A DNA stretch of 59,458 bases from Parcubacteria group bacterium (GTDB taxonomy: Bacteria > Patescibacteriota > Minisyncoccia > Phycocordibacterales > Phycocordibacteraceae): assembly GCA_028286825.1 (NCBI GenBank), contig JAQBQV010000016.1, forward strand, positions 1-59,458. Reading direction: 5' to 3'. Both the position numbers and the translations under genes were made by a program. This document shows positions 53,809 to 59,458 of this stretch, piece by piece. The notes below the pieces were generated by a model, which did not search any database, was not told the origin of the DNA, and saw only the letters and a list, made by a program, of their open reading frames with translations. Every line of letters begins with the position of its first letter. The first letter of the stretch is position 1.

Positions 53809-55176
53809 TTAACGCTCTTGAACGAAGGTGAGCGCCTTACCCTTGAGCGAACCGCGGCCGGTACGGCCGATGCGGTGCACGTAGTCCTCGTAGGTCGAAG
53901 GGAGATCGAAGTTAATCACGTGCGAGACCGCTGGGATGTCGAGACCGCGAGCAGCAACGTCAGTCGCCACCAAGGCACTTACCTTACCGCTCTTGAAGGC
54001 CTCAAGGGCGCGAATACGCGCACCGTAAGTCTTGTTGCCATGGATCGACTCGGCGTGGATGTGGAGACGGCTAAGCGCCTTAGCGAGCTTTTCCACACCA
54101 AACTTCGTACGACCGAAGACCAGCACGCGACTGAAATCACTGCCTTTAAGCATTTCAGCAAGCACGTCAAATTTATCCTTCCCTCGTGGAATACGCACAA
54201 CGTCTTGATCGACGTTACGAGACGTATCTTGGGTCTTGACCGAGATTACGACCGGCTGATTGAGAAATGCCCCAACAAGTCGTTCAATCTCTTTTGACAT
54301 CGTCGCTGAGAAGAAAAGGGTGTGACGCTCCTTTCGCATCTTTGCGAGGATCATCTTCATGTCGTCGATGAATCCCATGTCGAGCATGCGATCAGCCTCG
54401 TCCAAGACAACGGTGCCAAAGCCCGAGAGTTCAAGTGCGCGGCGCTCCATGAGGTCCTTCAAGCGTCCAGGGGTGCCGATCACAAAGGCTGGATCATGCT
54501 TGAGCTGCTGGATCTGGGGGCCAATATTGGCACCGCCGACCGCAACCATTCCGCGGAAGCCGAGGCCTTTAGCAAAGCCAGCAAGCTCCTTCTCGATCTG
54601 GACGGCGAGTTCTCGCGTCGGCGCCATGATAAGAACACGCTCCCCTTTCTGCTTCATTACCTTGTCGATAAGAGGAATGAGAAAGGCTGCCGTCTTACCA
54701 GTACCAGTTTCTGCGAGGCCAACAACGTCTTGACCCAAGAGTGCGTGAGGGATCGATTTGTCCTGAATCGGAGTTGGCTCGTTGTAGCCACGACCGAGGA
54801 TGTTTGCCTTAAGCTTTGCGTTAATATCAAAGTCAGCGAACGTGTGCTCAGGAACAAAGACTGGCTCTTCGGTTGTAACAACCGTCCTGTTCATAAACTT
54901 TGCGATCTCCGCTTCTGTTTCGCCGAAGGTACCAAAGCCACGTTTAACTGGACCGCGACCGCGATTTCCTCCAAAGCTAGGGCGACCGCCGTAACTACTA
55001 CCGCCGCTACGAGCTGGTCCACGACTTGCGCCGTAACCTCCTGTGCGAGCTGGATATGAGCTACCGCTTCTGCCGCCGGTTGATGGCCGTGGCGAATAAG
55101 GTCGGCTCGAGCCGCCTGATGATGAACTACTTGAATTGCCGCCTGATGATTGATGATTCCAACGCCCTACTTGCAT
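53809..55176 (-). CDS. DEAD-box ATP-dependent RNA helicase with N-terminal Gly/Ser/Arg-rich low-complexity extension
   Basis: Q-motif (PTPIQ), AETGTGKT, DEAD, SAT and HRIGRTGRG motifs. The first ~85 aa are SGG/RGG repeats. Confidence 0.93.
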   Translation of the reverse strand: MQVGRWNHQSSGGNSSSSSSGGSSRPYSPRPSTGGRSGSSYPARTGGYGASRGPARSGGSSYGGRPSFGGNRGRGPVKRGFGTFGETEAEIAKFMNRTVVTTEEPVFVPEHTFADFDINAKLKANILGRGYNEPTPIQDKSIPHALLGQDVVGLAETGTGKTAAFLIPLIDKVMKQKGERVLIMAPTRELAVQIEKELAGFAKGLGFRGMVAVGGANIGPQIQQLKHDPAFVIGTPGRLKDLMERRALELSGFGTVVLDEADRMLDMGFIDDMKMILAKMRKERHTLFFSATMSKEIERLVGAFLNQPVVISVKTQDTSRNVDQDVVRIPRGKDKFDVLAEMLKGSDFSRVLVFGRTKFGVEKLAKALSRLHIHAESIHGNKTYGARIRALEAFKSGKVSALVATDVAARGLDIPAVSHVINFDLPSTYEDYVHRIGRTGRGSLKGKALTFVQER

Positions 55177-55252
55177 AATTGTGTATAGATAAATAGATAA
55201 AATAACAGGCCATAAGCCCTTCGGTAGGTCTTGCTCTCAAATATAGAAAAGC

Positions 55253-55570
55253 TTAAGAAATCGAGTCGATTTGCACCTTGAGAATTGGCTGGCGATGGCC
55301 GTTGCGCTTAAAGTAGCGACTCTTCGGCTTGTACTTCACCACCTCGACTTTCTTATCTAATCCGGCGAGAACAACAGTGCCCTTGACCTCTGCACCCTTG
55401 ATGGTTGGTGCACCGATGGTCGTGTCCGAGCCATTGTCCACGAGGAGCACCTCGTCAAAGACAACTGTGTCACCCTTCTTCAAATCAGCTGGGAGCTTCT
55501 CAATAGCGATAGTGTCGCCTTTTGAGACGACATACTGCTTCCCGCCCGACTTAATAACGGCCACTTCCAT
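55253..55570 (-). CDS. rplU: 50S ribosomal protein L21
   Basis: MEVAVIKSGGKQYVVSKGD...KVEVVKYKPKSRYFKRNGHRQP is typical of L21. Confidence 0.95.
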   Translation of the reverse strand: MEVAVIKSGGKQYVVSKGDTIAIEKLPADLKKGDTVVFDEVLLVDNGSDTTIGAPTIKGAEVKGTVVLAGLDKKVEVVKYKPKSRYFKRNGHRQPILKVQIDSIS

Positions 55571-55579
55571 AGTGGCTAT

Positions 55580-55588
55580 AATCTAGCA
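55580..55588 (-). promoter_or_regulatory. extended -10 TGcTAGATT, 9 nt before the rplU ATG
   Basis: Read on the minus strand. Confidence 0.45.
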
Positions 55589-55598
55589 TTTCTATAGG

Positions 55599-55629
55599 CA
55601 AAAAGCAAGGCGGACCGGAGTCCGCCTTG
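55599..55629 (-). terminator. intrinsic terminator for ORF 55647-55985
   Basis: On the minus strand: caaggcggac-tccg-gtccgccttg followed by ctttttg. Confidence 0.8.
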
Positions 55630-55646
55630 TGTCCCGTACTAACTTT

Positions 55647-55985
55647 TTACGCCGATTGGCTGTCTGCCACGCCCCTTTTTACCGCCCCTTTCTCGAGGGC
55701 CTGCGCAAGAGTTTGACGGGCCTTACGCAAGTAAGGCCAGAGCCGAACGGGCCCATGGGGGCTGTCGCGACAAAACACCTTGAACTTAAGCTTCAGATTC
55801 GCCTCGTTCTTGATGAGCTTCGTGACGAAGCTATAGTCGACATCCCAGAGGTCACGCTTTTTGCCGTCCTGGCAGAGCACGTCACGGTGGAACCGTTCCG
55901 TTTGCTGCATCGCCGCCAGTTCGGCCGCGATAGCTTCATTGGTGAGTCCCGCTGCTTCTACCAACCACGTCTTCTTCGCTGCCAT
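55647..55985 (-). CDS. hypothetical protein (112 aa)
   Basis: GAGGAGGG lies 8 nt upstream of the ATG. A TGcTATACT box lies about 32 nt upstream, and a terminator follows downstream. Confidence 0.5.
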   Translation of the reverse strand: MAAKKTWLVEAAGLTNEAIAAELAAMQQTERFHRDVLCQDGKKRDLWDVDYSFVTKLIKNEANLKLKFKVFCRDSPHGPVRLWPYLRKARQTLAQALEKGAVKRGVADSQSA

Positions 55986-56055
55986 GATGGCTACCCTCCT
56001 CTAATGAACAGGTCTGGAGTATAGCAAATTTAGAACAATGTGGTACTCTTCCATT

Positions 56056-56212
56056 CGCGCTGCGACCGTACTCTATTCTTCCTAGGCCTGCCCTAGGTGA
56101 GTCAGAGCACAAGCGCCCCAGAGAGCCTTCGCTATCTGGGCTTACCGCCACAAACAATGGGGCCGCGATCTTGCGACGCGACCAACACCATTCTAGTGGC
56201 GGTTTCTTTTTA
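56056..56212 (+). ncRNA. candidate ~155-nt intergenic transcript (speculative)
   Basis: A TGgTACTCT box at 56041-56049 with no nearby ATG. A long compound hairpin follows (ccgccac...aatgg...ccatt...gtggcgg, 56144-56202), then TTTCTTTTT. Confidence 0.2.
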
Positions 56213-57271
56213 TTCGTCTGACGCCAAAGGCTTCTCCAGGAGTTCAGGCTCGATACCGATTTTTGATTCACTGATGCGGTAGACGTCTTTGTCGATCTTG
56301 CCGAGTTCTTTGTAGCCGGCATTGTAATGGCTCACTGACGTGCTGAGGGAAGTGCCGAGTTTCTTGTAGAACTGTTCATAGGCGGCAACGTGCTTACCAA
56401 GTTCCCCCACTCTCTGCTGGATCTCCACAGCCTTCTCCTCGATCTTAAGCGCCTTAAGCCCTTGCATCACCGTTTGAAGATACGCGAGGAAGGAGGTCGG
56501 CGAAACGATGATCACCTTGTACTTCCCTGCTGCGCGCTGAATGAGGTTTTCTTCTTCACCCCCGCCAACTTGGTTGGTTAGTAGGTCGTAGTAGATCCCT
56601 TCAGAAGGGATAAACATAAAGGCGAAGTCCATTGTATTCTCTTCGGGGCGAATGTATTTAGCCGTTTCGGTAATGCGCATCTTAAGGTCGTTTACAAATG
56701 CTTTCTCAGCATTCTCTCGTTCGAGACTCCCTACCTGTGCACTTACGAAGCGATTGTAGTTATCGAGCGAGAACTTGGAGTCAATTGGGACGATTTTTTT
56801 ATTTACAAAAACGACGGCGTCGACGATTTCACCATTTTTAAAGGGATACTGAATAGCGTAGTCCTCAGGCGACATCACGTTTTTGAGTACGGTCTCGAGA
56901 TAATACTCACCGAGGATCCCGCGCTGCTTTGGGTTCTTCAGCAAATCCTGAAGTGACTGGAGCTGCTCAGCGAACCCTTGGGTCATGCGGCCAATCTCCT
57001 TTACGGAAGTGACCTCTTGGGTAATCTCTTTAATGAGGCGGGCGCTCTCTGAGAACTGCCGATGCGAATTCTCCTGCATCGCCTTAGCAGACTCTGAAAC
57101 GCGCGTATCAAGCGTGCGCTCTAAGTTTTGAAGCTGCTGCTGCAAGAGCACCATTCCGGCCCCTTCGTCTTTGGGCGCCTCTACCTCACGGCGTCGAAAT
57201 ATAAAATAGAGCCCAATCCCCTGAACGAGGACGAGCGCTAGAACAATTAGCGCAACCTGCAAAATACTCAT
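56210..57271 (-). CDS. rmuC: DNA recombination protein RmuC
   Basis: N-terminal TM, a long coiled coil, and a C-terminal RmuC nuclease-like domain (FMFIPSEGIY...). Start is set at MSILQVAL; ATG 57292 is an alternative. Confidence 0.88.
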   Translation of the reverse strand: MSILQVALIVLALVLVQGIGLYFIFRRREVEAPKDEGAGMVLLQQQLQNLERTLDTRVSESAKAMQENSHRQFSESARLIKEITQEVTSVKEIGRMTQGFAEQLQSLQDLLKNPKQRGILGEYYLETVLKNVMSPEDYAIQYPFKNGEIVDAVVFVNKKIVPIDSKFSLDNYNRFVSAQVGSLERENAEKAFVNDLKMRITETAKYIRPEENTMDFAFMFIPSEGIYYDLLTNQVGGGEEENLIQRAAGKYKVIIVSPTSFLAYLQTVMQGLKALKIEEKAVEIQQRVGELGKHVAAYEQFYKKLGTSLSTSVSHYNAGYKELGKIDKDVYRISESKIGIEPELLEKPLASDE

Positions 57272-57277
57272 ATCTGA

Positions 57278-57284
57278 TATAATA
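57278..57284. promoter_or_regulatory. overlapping face-to-face -10 boxes: TATAAT (plus strand, YqeY-like gene) and TATTAT (minus strand, rmuC)
   Basis: The two start codons (57271 minus, 57293 plus) are only 21 nt apart. Confidence 0.4.
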
Positions 57285-57292
57285 ACCTGCAT

Positions 57293-57748
57293 ATGGCTAT
57301 CCACGAAACACTGAAGAAAGCGATCCCTGACGCAATGCGCGCCCACGATGCGGTAAAGTTACAAACGCTTCGCTCCTTGGTCACCGCAATGACCAACGAG
57401 GTAGTCGCCAAGAAGCGCAAGCCAGACGAGTTCCTCGAAGACGAGGAAGCAACTGCGGTATTGAAGCGCGCGGCTAATCAGCGCAAGGACTCGATCGAAC
57501 AATTTGAAAAAGGCGGTCGACCCGAGCTCGCCGAGCCAGAGAAGCTTGAGCTCGCGATTATAGAAACCTTCCTCCCCGCCATGATGAGCAGAGAGGAGAT
57601 CGAAACCATCGTAAAGGCAAAGATGGTTGAGGCGGGCGTGACAAGCAAGGCGGAGGCCGGCAAGTTTACAGGTAGCGTCATGAAAGACCTGAAAGGTAAG
57701 GCTGACGGCGCTGACGTCAAAGCTGTTGTCGACTCGCTCCTTGTGTAG
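57293..57748 (+). CDS. GatB/YqeY domain-containing protein
   Basis: LKKAIPDAMRAHD...LRSLVTAM...QRKDSIEQFEKGGRPELAEPE is typical of the YqeY family. Confidence 0.85.
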   Translation: MAIHETLKKAIPDAMRAHDAVKLQTLRSLVTAMTNEVVAKKRKPDEFLEDEEATAVLKRAANQRKDSIEQFEKGGRPELAEPEKLELAIIETFLPAMMSREEIETIVKAKMVEAGVTSKAEAGKFTGSVMKDLKGKADGADVKAVVDSLLV

Positions 57749-57754
57749 AACCAC

Positions 57755-57782
57755 TTGACGTTTCTAGCAATCCTCGTATATT
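57755..57782 (+). promoter_or_regulatory. TTGACG-16-TATATT promoter, 6 nt before ATG 57789
   Basis: Read directly from the sequence. Confidence 0.5.
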
Positions 57783-57788
57783 TACAAT

Positions 57789-58052
57789 ATGTCGAACTCA
57801 TTTGAGAAAGGCACTGCGATGGGCGAACCAACCGATCCAGATCTTTTGAGACAAGCTGAGATTTTAAAGCGACACGGACAGCCTCTGCGTGGTTTCAACG
57901 CGCCACTCCTCGACAAAGAACTTCCGACCGTTCGAGACTACACGCGACCAAGCAAAGGAGATCCACTGACCGAGCTCCTCGGTAGCGAAGCAGCCGCAAG
58001 GGCAGCTCGTCGACAGGCGGAAATCCTGGCACGAAACGCCCCCAAAGACTAA
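57789..58052 (+). CDS. hypothetical protein (87 aa)
   Basis: Open frame whose ATG lies 6 nt after a TTGACG-16-TATATT promoter. Confidence 0.45.
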   Translation: MSNSFEKGTAMGEPTDPDLLRQAEILKRHGQPLRGFNAPLLDKELPTVRDYTRPSKGDPLTELLGSEAAARAARRQAEILARNAPKD

Positions 58053-58074
58053 ACACAGGCCATGCGGGATAAAT

Positions 58075-58104
58075 CAAAACCGACGCTATCGCGCCGGTTT
58101 TCTT
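58075..58104. terminator. bidirectional hairpin between convergent ORFs
   Basis: aaaaccgacgc-tat-cgcgccggtttt (one mismatch). Confidence 0.6.
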
Positions 58105-58110
58105 TATCGC

Positions 58111-58371
58111 TTATTGAAGCGAGTAGCGCTTCTTGTCTCCCGAATCCTCTAACTCTTTCTCGAGTTTCAATTCAAGCGCTTCATACTCTGCGACTATCTT
58201 TTCCATTCCCCGACGGCCGTTCAGCTCAGTAAGTGTTTTACGCACCAGATCTAAGTCTTTCAAAATAAATTCCTTATCGCGAGTTTGATCGGCAACCTCT
58301 GGTCGCACGCCATGATAAGCAAAGTCCGTCTCTATAGCACGCTTATCGCCATGTGATCCTTCTGCTGACAT
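58111..58371 (-). CDS. hypothetical protein (86 aa)
   Basis: Start is set at MSAEGSHGD (ATG 58371), 8 nt after TGtTATACT. It has a coiled-coil-like acidic C-terminus. Confidence 0.45.
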   Translation of the reverse strand: MSAEGSHGDKRAIETDFAYHGVRPEVADQTRDKEFILKDLDLVRKTLTELNGRRGMEKIVAEYEALELKLEKELEDSGDKKRYSLQ

Positions 58372-58379
58372 ATGCTCGA

Positions 58380-58388
58380 AGTATAACA
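58380..58388 (-). promoter_or_regulatory. extended -10 TGtTATACT, 8 nt before ATG 58371
   Basis: Read on the minus strand. Confidence 0.45.
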
Positions 58389-58449
58389 CCCTCTCTGCAT
58401 GCAAGACTGGAATATGTGTGAATTGTGTTGTAAATTGAATTTGTTATAC

Positions 58450-58521
58450 GGCCCTATCGTCTAACGGTTAGGACAAGGCCTTCTCAAGGCTTAAATCAGA
58501 GTTCGATTCTCTGTAGGGTCA
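58450..58521 (+). tRNA. tRNA-Glu (anticodon CTC); CCA not encoded
   Basis: Hand-folded. Acceptor ggcccta/tagggtc, D-arm tcgtctaacggttaggaca, anticodon stem aggcc/ggctt with loop ttCTCaa, T-arm cagag-ttcgatt-ctctg. Confidence 0.9.
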
Positions 58522-58650
58522 CCGAGTTTGCCAAATTGGCACGTTTTCACCCCTTTCAAAATACCGTTGCATTGCATAGCGTTTTCAGCGCTTCCAGCTT
58601 CCTGCCGCCGTGTTATCCACACCCTACGGGGAGAGTTCCGAACTTAATCC

Positions 58651-59458
58651 TTAGTCCTCGTTGTCTTTCAAGAATTGATTCAAGGATTCTGGAAAGTCCA
58701 TTTGTCCTTGTATAGATTGGATCTCGTAAATCTCTATTTGTGCGGGTTTGAGCTTTGAATCCAAATGAGCCTTGCATCGGACTTTTACTAGCCCCTTATG
58801 GATAAAATATGGGTAGAGGTTCTCTGGATTCTTTCCTACTAGCCGATAGGAGACTCTCGTCCCATCCCCCAATAGTAGGAAGCCACGATTGGTGGTTTTG
58901 GTGAGCGAATTCAAAATTCCCTGCAGCCACATCTCCTTAGTTTCGGTGACAACCACTTCTTCTGCCTCGAAGAATTTTTTCTCCTCAAGTTTAATTTCCT
59001 CCAACAAAACTTCTTTATTTATTCTTGCGACAAGAGTTGTGGAGTCTATTTTCCCACTCTCTAGTGGTTGAACGATCTTACTGAGATCCTGTTGAATCGT
59101 ATCGTTCTTGAAGAGGTTGTAAACGGTTATAGGGACTTCGAGTTTGACGTTTTTACTATTCGAAATAATGATGCTTTGGTTGTCGGCATTGATCGTCTCT
59201 TCGTAAGGTAGCTTCTGAGTGTGTTTGACCAGACGCATTACATACATCATCGACTTAACAACGGCTGCGGCTCCGATAGTACCGACAGAAGTAATTTCCG
59301 ACACGTTGGCAATCAGCGCAACTTGATCTTTATGATTCTGAACGAACGTGGCAATCTCAATCAAAATATGAAACGAACCTTTGCCTACGCCAGTAATTCG
59401 GAGCGAATGGGTAACGCTTAGATCACCATCCGAAGCGATCTTCCCATAGGCGCTTGAG
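58651..59458 (-). CDS. hypothetical protein, N-terminus beyond the window (AT-richer gene next to tRNA-Glu)
   Basis: The frame stays open from 59364 to the window edge (…SSAYGKIASDGDLSVTHSLRITGVGKGSFHILIEIATF…). No recognisable motif. Confidence 0.55.
   Translation of the reverse strand, partial: SSAYGKIASDGDLSVTHSLRITGVGKGSFHILIEIATFVQNHKDQVALIANVSEITSVGTIGAAAVVKSMMYVMRLVKHTQKLPYEETINADNQSIIISNSKNVKLEVPITVYNLFKNDTIQQDLSKIVQPLESGKIDSTTLVARINKEVLLEEIKLEEKKFFEAEEVVVTETKEMWLQGILNSLTKTTNRGFLLLGDGTRVSYRLVGKNPENLYPYFIHKGLVKVRCKAHLDSKLKPAQIEIYEIQSIQGQMDFPESLNQFLKDNED

Noticed and set aside
54322-55059. 245-aa and 124-aa ORFs antisense to the DEAD-box helicase.
   Set aside because: They are shadow frames created by the GC-rich, repeat-rich helicase gene. 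The helicase motifs on the minus strand are unambiguous.
1-59458. I looked for CRISPR arrays, IS elements, transposases, integrases, and recognisable toxin-antitoxin or defence genes.
   Set aside because: I found no regularly spaced direct repeats, no terminal inverted repeats flanking an ORF, and no DDE, tyrosine-recombinase or serine-recombinase motifs in any frame I read.

Overview
This is a gene-dense 59.5-kb chromosomal segment with about 78 CDS, 2 tRNAs and almost no non-coding DNA. By inference only, it looks like a streamlined Patescibacteria/CPR-type (Parcubacteria-like) bacterium: it has many aaRS and information-processing genes, no biosynthetic pathways, an archaeal-type AspRS, a C-Ala-less AlaRS, and many small membrane or orphan ORFs.

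Recognisable content:
- DNA repair and replication: ogt-like, ung, alkA, recR, rmuC, dnaB.
- Six aaRS: alaS, tyrS, trpS, aspS, gltX, cysS.
- Ribosomal cluster infA-rpmJ-rpsM-rpsK-rpsD-rpoA-rplQ-rplM-rpsI, with rpmA, rplI and rplU elsewhere.
- Chaperones grpE-dnaK-(orphan)-dnaJ.
- scpA-(orphan)-scpB, directly packed against a PBP5-like carboxypeptidase-mraY-ftsW-murG-gltX block.
- A P-type ATPase, CorA, an S41 protease, an M13 peptidase, a LOG-family protein, an ABC exporter, an MSOX-like oxidase and an ArsR+LUD pair.
- tRNA-Tyr(GTA) and tRNA-Glu(CTC).

I saw no transposase, integrase, CRISPR array or recognisable defence or toxin system, and I cannot name a confirmed novel system.

The signals most worth following up:
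1. Nearly every first gene of a transcription unit has a TAnnnT or TGnTAnnnT box 5-9 nt upstream of its ATG, which suggests predominantly leaderless mRNAs.
2. Strong, well-spaced Shine-Dalgarno motifs occur only in front of unrecognisable orphan genes. Several of these are wedged into otherwise conserved operons.
3. Next to recR is a three-unit module (52.1-53.8 kb). Each unit has its own near-identical promoter and terminator, two of its ORFs are paralogues of each other, and a 45-aa zinc-ribbon ORF coupled to recR lies just upstream.
4. There are several structured intergenic elements: about 13.6-13.86 kb, 19.7-19.9 kb, 27.37-27.41 kb and 56.04-56.21 kb.
5. An AT-richer segment begins immediately 3' of tRNA-Glu at the window end.

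All coordinates come from manual reading. Product calls rest on motif recognition, not database searches.
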